Shown: positions 29,956 through 47,700 of the stretch, one piece after another | Layout: the number at the start of each line of letters is the position of its first letter | How positions within the stretch are numbered: position 1 is the stretch's first letter | DNA from: the human T2T-CHM13v2.0 reference genome, Homo sapiens | Assembly: GCF_009914755.1 (NCBI RefSeq) | Contig: NC_060940.1 | Length of the DNA stretch: 64,000 nucleotides | Direction: 5' to 3' (one strand) | The notes under the pieces: generated by a model | Seen by the model: only the letters and a program-made list of their open reading frames with translations | Database searches by the model: none | What the model was told of the DNA's origin: nothing | Position numbers and translations under genes: made by a program

Positions 29956-32900
29956 GAATATGGCTGACTAGACACAGTCAGGTGGAACAGCTGTCACCAA
30001 GGGACCAAGACGATGGGCGCACTCCTAACAGACCTTCAAAGGGAAGGCACCAAGAGTGGACAGAGGAAGGCTGGGCTGATGGGGAAGGAAACTGGGAACG
30101 CTGCACAGGACTACCGTGCACCAGGACTCATTCCTGGCCCCCAATGACTCTAGGGGAACAGGTTAGTTCACTTGGCCAGGAGCAACCCCATTCTTACCAC
30201 GGCCCTCTGGAATCCCAGCAAGAGGTGACCCCTAGACCACCACAGACACTGTAGTTGGCAAGGAGAGCTGCTTAGAGAAGTGGCAGGGGCAGCAAGCCAG
30301 CTGACATGGAGCCCAGAGCGCTTGGTAAAGGAGCGTGTGTAGCACAGCACAGCCAGGGATGGCCATCCCTGGCTGACTTGCTCCCATTGGAGACTTTAGC
30401 CCCAGGGATACTGTCAGACCTGAACTCTACAGGGTAGTCTTCTCCATCAGATGGGACTGGTCTGACCTGAGCACCCCTTGGTCTGCTGGTCTCTCCCAGA
30501 AATCCAGCCTGACCGTGCCTGCTTGCAGGGCAGCCTCAGGTGCCCTGGGGCCTGTATCATAGCTTTAGCGCTGGCAAACCATGCCTGACCTGTAGAGAGC
30601 TCCAGTGGGAGGGCCCCCACAGCCACACACCAGCCTGACACTCCCTCCCCACATGGCAGCTTCCCCCTGGACCACGGCAACCCCTCACATTGCTTTACTG
30701 GTGCATGTGTGTGAACGGTTTTGCTTTTCTTGCCCTGCCAATGTAGATGTATATATGTTCTTTGCCCTGCCACTGCTACACTGCGAGTGCAGTCCACCCG
30801 CCCCTTCCCCCTACCAACTGCCATTGCAATTGAAGCCTTAGTGGGCACAGAGACAGCCAGGCCTGTCCTCACCAGCACCCTGCTCTGGATCCAACACTGT
30901 CACGGGAGTCAAACTAGGCATGAAGAACAGCAGAACCTCCCCCACTCTGAGCAACCATTCCTGCCTATGGAGAACACACAAAGGCCTGTGCCTGCTAGCA
31001 CCTGTGCAAACATCACCACCAGCATGACCACAAGCATAGTCACCAGCAGGGACCTCTTGACACCCCCAGCCATGTTGCCTCTGCCACTGTGGTGAACGCC
31101 TGCACAGGGGCAGGCATGCTGGTACCCGCTATCACCCTGCCACAGCCAACTAGAGAGCACCCCACTACGCTGCTGCTGCTGCTGCTGCTGCTGTTGGCAC
31201 GTACAAGCAAGGACAGATCCCCCTGTCACTGTATTATGAAACACTTTGGCTGACACCAACTATCAAAGTGTAGTGACCAGTGGTCTGCGAGCACCTCAGC
31301 CCCGCCAGTGCAGTGGATTTCTAACCGTGAAGAGACAGAGAACAAAGTCAAGGCCAATACAAGTTCCCCAGAATTAGAACACACAGTCTAGGAGTTGGGA
31401 GCTGAGCCCTAATTCCCTAAAATCTTCTAAAATAAAGCCAGTCTGCTGAATCCACGTTACACCACAAACCCTCAAGGTCATCAGATAGGATAAAAGAGGA
31501 AAAAAAAAACCATCAGCAAGTTCAAAGATTGAAGGAACATAAAATGATGAGAAAGAACCAGCACAAGAACCCTGACAACTCAAAAAGCCAGAGTGCCTTC
31601 CTTCCTCCAAACAACCACATCACCTCTCCAACAAGGGTTGTGAACCAGGCTGAGATGGCTGAAATGATAGAAATATAATTCAGAATATGGATAGAAACAA
31701 AGATCACTGAGATACAGGAGTACATTGAAACTCAATTCAAAGAAGCTAAGAATCACAATAAAACAATGTAGGAGCTGACAGACAAAACAACCAGCTTAGG
31801 AAAGAATGTAACTGACCTGACAGAGCTGAAAAACACACTACAATAAATTCATAATACAATCACAAGTATAATAGCAGAATAGACCAAGTGGAAGGAAGAA
31901 TCTCAGAGCTTGAAGACTAGATTTGTGAAACAAGGCAGTCAGATAAGATTAAAGAAAAAAGAATGAAAAGGAACAAACAAAACCTCCAAGAAATGTGGGA
32001 TTATATAAAGAGACCAAATCTATAACTCATTGGTGTCCCTGAAAGAGATGGGGAGAGTGTAGGCAACTTGGAAAACATATTTCAGGATATCATCCATGAG
32101 AACTTCTCCAATCCAACTAGAGAGGCCAACATTTAAATTCAGGAAATGTAGAAAACCCCAGTAAGATACTTCACAAGAAGATCATCACATAATCATCAGA
32201 TTCTCCTTGGCCAAAATGAAAGAAAAAATGTTAAGACAGATAGAGAGAAAGGTCAGGTCACCTATGAAGGGAAGCCCATCAGACTAACAGCAGACCTCTC
32301 AGCAGAAACCCCACAAGTCAGACGAGATTGGAGGCCAATATTCAACAATCTTAAAGAAAAGAAATTCTAACCCAGAATTTCATATCTGGCCAAACTAAGC
32401 ATCATAAGCGAAGGAGAAATAAGTTTCTTTTCAGACAAGCAAATGCTGAGGGAATTCATTACCACCAGACCTGCCTTACAAGAGCTCTGAAAGGAAGCAC
32501 TAAATATGAAAAGGAGAGAACATTACCAGCTACTACAAAAACACACTTAAGTACACAGACCAGTGACACTATAAACCAACCACATAAACAAGTCTGCACA
32601 AAAACCAGCTAACATCATGATGACAGGATCAAATCCACACATATCAGCATTAACCTTGAATATAAATGTCTCATTTAAAAGGCACAGAGTGGATAAAGAA
32701 CAAAGAGCCATTGGTATGCTGTCTTCAGGAGACTTATCTCATAGGCAATGACACGCATAGGCTCAAAATAAAGGGATGAAGAAAAATCTACCCAAGTAAC
32801 TGGAAAACAGAAAAAAGCAGGGGTTGCAATCTGAATTTCAGACAAAACAGACTTTAAACTAACAAAGATCAAAGAAGACAAGGGCATTACATAATGAAAA

Positions 32901-35527
32901 GGGTTCAATTCAACAAGAGGACCTAACTATCCAAAATATATATGCACCCAGGACAGGAGCACCCAGATTCATAAAGCAAGTTCTTAGAGACCTTCAAAAA
33001 GACTTAGGCTCCTACACAGTAATAGTGGGAGACTTTAACATCCCATTGACAATATTAGACAGATCATCAAGGCATAAAATTAACAAAAATATTCAGGACC
33101 TGAACTCAGTACTGGATCAAATGGACCTAACAGACATCTACACAACTCTCCATCCAAAAACAATAGAATATACATTCTTCTCATTGCCATATGGTACATA
33201 CTTTAAAATCAATTACATAATTTCCCATAAAACACTCTTCAGGAAATGCAAAAGAACTGAAGTCATAACAACCAGTCTCTTGGACCACAGATTTCTAATT
33301 TCTAATCAAATTAGAAATCAAGATTAAGAAATTCACCCAAAAACATAAAATTACATGAAAATTTAATAACCTGCTCCTGAATCACTTTTGGATAAATAAT
33401 GAAACCAAGCCAGAAATCAAGAAGTTCTTTGAAACTAATGAGAACAAAGATACAACATACTAGAATCATTGGGACACAGCCAAGGCAGTGTTAAGAGGGA
33501 AATGTATAGCACTAAATGCCCACATCAAAAAGTTAGAAAGATCTCAGTTTAACCAAACATTACAACTAAAAGAACTAGAGAACCAAGAGAAAACCAACCC
33601 CAAAGCTGCTAGACAAGAAATAACCAAAATCAGAGCTGAAATGAAGGAGCCTGAGACACAAAAAAGCATTCAAAAGATCAACAAGTCCGAGAGTTAGGGT
33701 GGTTTTTTTTTTTGAAAAAAAATAAAATAGACCACTATGAGATTAATAAGGAAGAAAAGAGAGAAGGTCCAAATAAACACAATTAGAAACAACAAAGGAA
33801 AATTACCCCTGACTCCACAGAAATACAAAAAACCATCAAAGAATATTATGAACATCTCTATGCATACAAACTAGAAAAATCTAGAAGAAATGGATAAATT
33901 CCTGAAAACATACACCCACCCAAGACTGAGCCAGAAAGAAACTGAATCCCTGAACAGACCAATAACAAGCTCTGAAATTGAATCAGTAATAAATAGCCTA
34001 CCAACCAAAAAAAGCTCAGGACCAGATGGATTCACATCTGAATTCTACCAGATGTACAAAGCAGAGCTAGTACCATTTCTGCTGAAACTATTCTTAAAAA
34101 TTGAGGAAAAGGGACTCCTCCCTAACTCATTCTATGAGGCCACCATCACCCTGATATCAAAACCTGGCAAAGACATAACAAAAAAAAGAAAACTTCAAGC
34201 CAATATCCTTGATGAAGACTGATGCAAAAATCTTCAAGAAAATAGTGGCAAACCAAATTCAGCAGCACATCAAAAAGCTATCTGCCACAATCAAGTATGC
34301 TTTACCCCTGGAATGCAAGGTTGGTTCAACATACACAAATCAATAAGTGTGATTCATTGCATAAACAGAACTAAAGACAAAAACCACATGATTACTTCAA
34401 CAGATGTAGAAAAGGTTTTCAATGAAATTCAACATCCCTTCATGTTAAAAACTCTCAATAAACTAGGTAATGAAGGAACATACCTCAAAACAGTAAGAGC
34501 CATCTACAACAAATCCACAGCTGACATCATACTGAACAGGCAAAAGCTGGAAGCATTCCCCTTAAAAACCAGTACAAGACAAGGATGCCCTCTCTTACCA
34601 CTCCTATTCAACATAGATTGGAAGTCCTGGCCAGAGCAATCAGGCAAGAGAAAGAAAGAAAGGGCATCTAAATAGGAAGAAAGGAAGTCAAATTATCGCT
34701 GTTTACAGATGACAAGATTCTGTATCTAGAAAACCCCATAGTCTTGGCCCAAAAGCTCCGTAAGCTGATAAACAACTTCATTAAACTCTCAGGATATAAA
34801 ATCAATGTACAAAAGGGATGTTGTTGGTGTATGGCATTTCCTATACACCAACAACAGTCAAGTCAAGAGATAAATCAGGAATACAATCCCATTCACAACT
34901 GCCACAAAAAGTATAAAATACCTAGGAATACAGCTAACCAGGCAGGTGAAAGATCTCTAAAAGGAGAGCTACAAAACACTGCTCAAAGAAATCAGAGATG
35001 ACACAAACAAATGGGAAAACATTCCATGCTCATGGCTAGGAATAATCAATATCATTAAAATGGCCATATCACTCAAAGTAATTTATAGATTCAATGCTAT
35101 TCTTATTCAACTACCAGTGACATTCTTTAGAGAACTAGAAAAAGGTATTTTAAAATTCATATGGAACCAAAAGAGGACCCAAATAGCCAAGGCAATCCTA
35201 AGCAAAAAGAACAAAGCTGGAGGCATCATGCTACCTGACTTCAAGCTATACTACAGGGCTACAGTAACCAAAACAGCATGGTTCAAAAATAGACACATAG
35301 ACCAATGGAAAAGAATAAAGAACACAGAAATAAGCCTGCACAACTACAGCTATCAGACACTGGGGCCTATCAAGGGATGGAGGATGGGAGGAGGGAGAAG
35401 ATCAGGAAAAATAAGGAATAGGTACTAGGCTTAATACCTGAGTATTGAAATAATCTGTATAACAAACCCCCGTAACACAAATTTACCTATATAAATACAT
35501 GCACATGTACCCCTGAACTTAAAAAAC
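29956..35527 (+). mobile_element. Near full-length L1PA13-like LINE-1 (5'UTR, ORF1, ORF2, 3'UTR); inactive, with an internal deletion
   Basis: 5' atggctgactagac; ORF1 ~31545-32550; ORF2 starts atgacaggatcaaat at ~32620; ORF-track fragments [25 protein letters not shown]; 3' end gatcaggaaaaataa...ggtactaggcttaatacc; many stops and frameshifts. Confidence 0.88.
31170..31193 (+). repeat. (CTG)8 trinucleotide repeat in the L1 5'UTR
   Basis: Seen directly. Confidence 0.95.
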
Positions 35528-35557
35528 ACAAGAAGAATAAAACATGAGAGAAATGCG

Positions 35558-38360
35558 GAAACAATGTTCCTCAACACAATAAAAGCCATATATGATAAGC
35601 CCACAGCAAACATCATGGTCAAAAGTGAAAAGCTGAAGACTTTTCCTCTAGAATCAAGAACAAGACAAGGAGGTTCACTCTCAAAACTTCTGTTCAACAC
35701 AGTACTGGAAGCCCTAGCCACAGCAATTACACAAGCGAAAGAAATAAAGCATACAAATAGGAAAGGATGACAAGAGATGGTCTCTGTGGACAACATGCTG
35801 TTATATATGGAATATCCTAAAGACTCCCTGAAAAAACCGCTAGAACAGATAAATTCAGTAAAGTTGCAGGATACAAAATCAACTTAACAAAAATCAGTCG
35901 TGTTTCTATACACCAACAACAAATCGTCTGAAAACAATCCCATTTACAATAGCATAAACACAGGAATACATTTAACCAAGGAAGTGAAAGATCTGTGTAC
36001 TGAAAACTATAAAACATTGATGAAAGAAATTGAAAATAACACAAATAAATGAAAAGATACCCCTATTCATGGATTGGAATAAATTAATATTGTTAAGATG
36101 TCCATATTACCCACAGTGATCTACGGATTCAGTGCAATCTCTATCAAACTTTCAAAGCCATTCTCAACAGGAATAGAAAAAACCATCCTAAAATTCATAA
36201 AGAACCACAGAAGACCCTGAATAGCCAAAGCATTATCAACCAAAAAGAATGAAACTGGAGGTATCACACTACTGGATTTCAAAAGATATCACAAAGCTAC
36301 AGCAATCAAAACAGCATGGTACAGACATAAAAACAGACACATCAACCAATGGAATAGGACAGAGAGATGAGAAATAAACCCAAACACCAAAAGCCAATTA
36401 ATTTTTGACAAACGTGTCAAGAATACACAATGAGAAAAAGACAGTCTCATCAATAAACGGTGTTGGGAAAATTGCATATCCACATACAGAAGAATGAAAA
36501 TGAACCCATGTTTCACCCCTTATACAAGAACCAACTCAAAATGGATTAAATACTTGAATGTAAGACCTGAAACTGTAAAACTACTAAGAAAAAACAGGGA
36601 GAGAGTTCCAGGACATTGATCTAGGCAAAGATTTCTTAGATACGACCTTAAAAACACAAGGAACAAAATCAAAAATAGATAAATGAGATTGCATCAAACT
36701 AGAAAACTTCTGCACAGCAAAGAGAACAATAGAATGAAGAGGCAACCTACAAATTGGGATAAAATACTTGCAAATCATACATTGAATCAGAAACTAGTAT
36801 CCAAAATGTACAAGGAATTCACACTACTCAATAACAACAAAACAAATAACTCTCTTAAAAAATAGGCAGACTGGACGCAGTGGTACACATCTGTAGTTCC
36901 AGCTACTCAGGAGACTGAGGCAAGAGGATCACTTGACAATAGAAGTTCAAGGCTGTAGTGTGCTATAATCATGCCTGTGAATAGCCATTGCACTCCATCC
37001 TGGGCAACATACCAAGACCCCATCTCTAAAAAAAAGTAAAATGAAAAATTTTACATGGGCAAAGGACTTGAATAGACATTTCTCAGAAGAAGACATACAA
37101 ATGTTCAACAGATACATTTTTTAAATGCTAAACATTTCTGATCATCAGAGAAATGTGAATTAAAACCACAATGAGAAATCACCTTACAACTGTTAGAATG
37201 CCTGTTATCAAAAAGATGAACAATACCAAGTGTTGGTGAGAATGTGGAGGAAGGGGAATCCTTATACACTCTTGGTGGTGTTGGAAATTTGTATAACCAT
37301 TTTGGAAAACAGTACGGAGGTTCCTCAAAAATTAAAAATAGAATTACCATACATTACAGCAATCCCACTATTGGTATATATCTAAAGGAATTGAAATCAA
37401 TATGTCAAAGAGATGTCTGCACTGTCATGCTCACTGCAGCATTATTCACAAGAGCCAAGATACAGAAACAACCTAAGTGTCTATCAATGGATACATTGAC
37501 TTTAAGTGTGGTAAATACAAACAATGGAATACTATTCAGCCTTAGAAAAAGAAACAGAAAATTCTGTCATTTGTGAAGTATCAGTGATCCTACAGGGCAT
37601 TATGTTAAGTGAAATAAGTCAGGCCCAGGGAGACAAATACCATATTATCTCACCTACACGTAAAATCTAAAAAAGTTGAACTCACAGAAGTAGAGAGTAG
37701 AATAGTGGTTACCAGAGGCTGAGGGTGGGAGTAGGTGGAAAGTGAAAAGGACAATGTTGGGCAAATGGATACAAGGTTACAGTTGCATAGAAGGAATACG
37801 TTTTGGTGTTCTACTGCACAGCAAGGGAACTACAGTTAATAACGGATATTTCAAAATAGCTAAAAAAGAGGATTTTAAATGTTCTCACCCAGGGCCAGGT
37901 GCAGTGGCTCATGCCTGTAATCCCAGCATTTTGGGAGGCAAAGACAGGCAGATCACTTGAGCTCAGGAGTTCAAGACTGGCCCGGGCAAGATAGTGAAAC
38001 CCTGCCTCTCCAAAAAAACACAAAAATTAACCAAGTGTGGTGGCATGTGTCCATAATCCCAGCTACTCAGGACGCTGAGGCAGGAAGATCGCTTGAGCCT
38101 GGGAGGCAGAGGTCACAATGAGCCAAGATTGTGCCACTGTACTCCAACCTGGGCAACAGAGCCAAACTCTGTCTCCAAAAAAGTAAAATAAAAAAAAATA
38201 AATAAAAAATAAATGTTGTCACCACAAAGATATGGTAAATATTTGAGGTGACATAGGCTAATTACCTTAATGTGATCATTCCATAATGTATACATGTGTC
38301 AAAACATTATATACCCCATAAATATATATAATTGTCAAAAATAAAACTTAAAGAAATTAA
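35558..38360 (+). mobile_element. L1MA-type LINE-1, ORF2 RT/C-terminus and 3'UTR; interrupted by an Alu monomer (~36870-37040) and an AluJ-like element (37892-38210)
   Basis: [19 protein letters not shown] fragment; L1MA-like 3'UTR (agtagagagtagaatagtggttaccagaggct); Alu TSD aaatgtt(c/g)tcacc. Confidence 0.85.
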
Positions 38361-39279
38361 AAAGTAAAATTTGCGTTCTACACCACCACTTGTTCTTCCA
38401 TCTTCCTTTAAGATATACAGACATGCCCCAAGTCTTCTTGCAGGTATAGCTGGGGCTTCCTCATCTTTGTAGTCAGGTGGCATCTAGCAGTGCCTGTCTC
38501 AACCAGTCCATAGCCAGGTTTTCAAATCTCACACTCTTTCCTTGGGAGAGGCTGAGAAGATCAATGGAGTCCAAACAGAAATGAGACAAATATTTGGAAT
38601 TGCACTTCTGAGTTCTTAACTCCAGAAATGCAGGAATTTTGTGCGAATTTACTTCATTGATTCCTTATACTGAAACACAAGGCTGTGTTATCTCTATTGA
38701 GAAAAGGCTGTAAAGGCAGACAAAAGGCATTTGTGTCCATACGGCCATGTGCTTTAGCTTCTACTTTTCTCACACACAGACACCAGCTAGGACTCCATGG
38801 ACACTCATGGTATTCCAAACGTATGATAACTTAAACCACATCATATGTCAAAAGGCTTAATTTAATCATCATTTCAACTCTATGAAGTAAATACTATCAT
38901 GATTCCCATTTCACAGATGAAGAAACTGAGGTTTGAGGAGTTTAAGTAAATTTGCCCTCCATCACAACTCATAGGTGACAAGAGTTGGAATTTGAATATA
39001 GGTCTGTCTGATTTCAAACTTCTAACCATGGCAGTATTCTGCCTCTCAAGAAAGATTAAAATAGTTTAGATTCATAGAAACTTCTCATAGAAAATGCAGC
39101 CCTGGGGAGAAGCCTTCAAAATAGTGCTAAGTTTCTCTGTGGGCCTATATTTCTTATTTTGACCATATTCCTATTCCACTCTTGGCATCTCCACTGCCAA
39201 CATTTGTCTTTCTTTTGAAAGGATGCCCTTTATTTAACAGAAAAACCCAGAACTCTTCAGAATCAAAAAGGCCAAAATA

Positions 39280-39592
<313 letters not shown>

Positions 39593-39699
39593 TTAAGCAT
39601 TTAAAAAAAACTGACGTTCTGAGTCCTTTTCTCAGAGAAGCACATATTCTGACAAGTTATATTCTAGATGAAATTGCTTCTTGACTCTAAGCATCTAGG

Positions 39700-42800
<3,101 letters not shown>

Positions 42801-43108
42801 TAATTACATCCAACAATGTACCTATCAAGTGATCTACAGAAAAAGAAAATGTAAATTTTAAAGTCCTTTGGGCTACTTCAACACTTTATTTATTCTTTAT
42901 TCACTAAAAATTCATTCATTCAGTGAAAAAGCATTTATTGAATACCAATTATGTGTTAACCACTGTCCTAAGAGCTGCAGATACAGGAATAATGTGGTGT
43001 CTGCCCAGAGAGGTGTCAGCCCAGAGAGCTTTCAGTCTACACATAACCTGAATTCCATGTATCATGAACTTGCTCATAAATTATCTGCTAGCTTAACTAA
43101 AATTTTAG

Positions 43109-43496
<388 letters not shown>

Positions 43497-43983
43497 TTCC
43501 TCGTACTTTTCAATATTTGTAGCAAGTCCAATCATTAGCTCAATAATCCAATCATAGCATTTTAGGAAATATGGATGCTCTGTAAGCAAATACTCCAGTG
43601 AAAAATAGCCAGGTCTAAATTTCTGTATGCAGAATTGCAGAATGCTTTACTTTCTTAGCCCTCTACTCGCCAGAGTTGAGGAAAAAGTAAATGCCCTGAG
43701 AATTTCGTAACAGCTTTGCCCTTAAGATTTTGCTGTCATATTCAATGACAACATACCATATTAACGCTTCCTATTTTTTTTTCAAATCACATTCTCAACA
43801 TAATATATCACCAATAAGAACTTTTCTCAAAAACTTAAATACAAAAGTTATTTGAGGAAACTGCTTAAAAATTAAATGCAGAAAAAAGAGTAAGCTAGAA
43901 GTGATGACAAGAGTGGATGAAGGTCATTAACCCTAAAGAAGTAGGCATTTTATGGAAGGCAGTTACATCAGAAAGAGTCTAAG

Positions 43984-44292
43984 TCAATGCTTCTCCAATT
44001 TTTATATGCATGCAAATCATCTGGGGATTTCATTAAAATGCAGATTCTCAGTTAGTAGGTCAGGGTGGGGTCTAAAACTCTCCATTTCTTTTTTTTATTT
44101 TTATTTTTGTAGAGACAGGGTCTTACTATGTTGCCCAAGCTGGTCTTGAACTCCCTGGCCTCAAGCAATTCTCCCACCTCGGCCTTCGAAAGTACTGGGA
44201 TTACAGGCGCAAGCCACCCCACACGGCTGAGATTCTGCGTTGCTAACAAACTTTCCCGGGTTACGCTAAAGCTGCTGGCCCACGGACCACAG
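43984..44292. mobile_element. MER5-family hAT MITE interrupted by a FLAM (~44085-44228)
   Basis: aatcatctgggg...taaaatgcagattct ... gctgctggcccacggaccaca. Confidence 0.75.
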
Positions 44293-45464
44293 TCTAATGG
44301 CCCAAATGCAGATGAAGATGAAGGTCTCTGAACAGAAGATGCTCTTATAACTCCTCTCTTTGCCATGCCCTCCCCAACTCCCATCCTCCCCCCATCTTCT
44401 AGGAATGAGTTAGTTCTCTAACTGTTGAAAATATAATCATTCCTAGGGGGCAGTCTTTCCAAGGTAAAATTTTATGTACAGGATATCTGTTTCTGGTAAA
44501 ATAGCTCATTAGGTAATCTGAAAACACTCCTGCTAAAAAGCTATCTACAAATACTAGATAGCATATATCAAATATAGTTTTTAAAGGTGTAGTTGAGCTC
44601 ACAAGAAAGGAAAGAAAATCCTTGGGGGTTGAAATCAGAGAGAACTGTAAACCAGAAAGTAAGTGCATCAGCACATGCTATGCAGCCTAGACCAGTTCCA
44701 GGTACCAGGAAGTGAGGTTTTCATAAACACAATGGAAAAAGATGGAAGATACTGAGTCTCTACGAGGAATGGTGTGAGAAACAAGAATATCACATAAAGC
44801 CAGGAGATGGTAATCCTCTAAGAAAACATTAACTAGAAAACATAACACTTGCCAGCATAGGGAGGTAAGAGTAAGGCCAGTGTGACTCACCTTGGGCTCT
44901 GAGCAGAAAAAATATGTTTCCCATTGGTAAGTTAAGTGTGTGTGTCAGAAAGTTACTGGTGGGAAATTCTGGAAAGATAGTTGTGACTGTGGAAGCAACT
45001 ATCTTTTTTATGATATAAAAAGGGCAGGAGGAGAGACAGTATTTACAACAAAATTAGGTTAAAATGTAACCCTCATATCCCAAAATACAAATGAGTGAGG
45101 TGAGGACAGAGCATCAAGAGCCAGAGGAGTCCTGGGAGGTCTCAGCATCGATGTGGAAAGCAGCACAGGGAGGCACAAGGTACCTGAACCAACTAAGGAC
45201 CGAAGAACCCAAAACAACAGATATTCACTGCAAAGCCCGGAGGGCCAATTTGAGAACAGCAATTGGTACTGGGAAGGTTCTTGCCCACTTCAGTAAATGG
45301 GGCCCACAGGAAGGTCTGAAGGGGCTGGAACAATTTAGCATTAATGAACTCTCAAAACTGATCCCGTAGGGTTCCCTCCCAGGACAAGACTCCAAAGTGA
45401 GGAGGAACTGCAGGGAGCAGAAAAAAAATTGAACAGGATAGGGACAACAGAAGTGATGAAGAGA

Positions 45465-45763
45465 GCCAGGCACGGTGGTTCAGGCCTGTAATCCCAGCAC
45501 TTCAGGAGGCCGAGGCAGGTGGATCACTTGAGGTCGGGAGTTCAAGACCAGCCTGGGCAACATGGTGAAACCCCGTCTCTACTAAAAGGACAAAAAAATT
45601 AGCCGGGCATCATGGTGCATGCCTGTAATCCCAGCTACTTGGGAGGCTGAGGCACAAGAATCACTTGAACCCAGGCAGCAAGGTTGCAGGGAGCCAAGAT
45701 CACACCACTGCACCCCAGCCTGGGTGACACAGCAAGACTCCGTCTCAATTAGAAAAGAAAAAA
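45465..45763 (+). mobile_element. Alu (S/J)
   Basis: Full dimer. Confidence 0.92.
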
Positions 45764-46319
45764 ACCCATGGAATATTGTTCCCATGAGAACTTCCTTAGG
45801 AATCTGCTGGAAAATGAGGCTCAGACAACCAAAATGACTAGGGAGATATTAACACAAGACTAGCGGTGAGCATTAAGTATGTCTTTATTGTTTATATAAT
45901 GAAGATTAAAAGGACAGTGTAGTAAGCAATGACAGACAGGTATTTAAATAACTTACCTGACCATTGGGAGGGATGAAGAAACTTCAGAGCCACATTGCAA
46001 TTAAAAAGCTGTCTAGCAAAAAAGAGAAAACTGCGGCTACAGTTGCAGGCTCTATAACCCCACCATTTCTGCTCTGATCCATACCAGAAAATGGATGCTT
46101 CATGGACCGTCTCTCTCTCAATTTAAGTCAATTCCAAATCCAAATCTCACCGATTAATGGACATTAATTCCTATCTGGAATCCTAACTGTAAAGGAATTG
46201 GAGAAAATGCAGTATTTAGCTTTTGAGTTTCACAAATATGGGAAGGCACACTAGAAGGAGGTGCAGTAGAGGTTGAGCAAGTCTATCTACAATTACCAAA
46301 AGGAACTTCCTTAGGGAGG

Positions 46320-47700
<1,381 letters not shown>

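Noticed and set aside
33025-35428. ORFs resembling endonuclease/reverse transcriptase
   Set aside because: Broken fragments of L1 ORF2 with stops, frameshifts and a C-terminal deletion; not an active or domesticated gene on this evidence.
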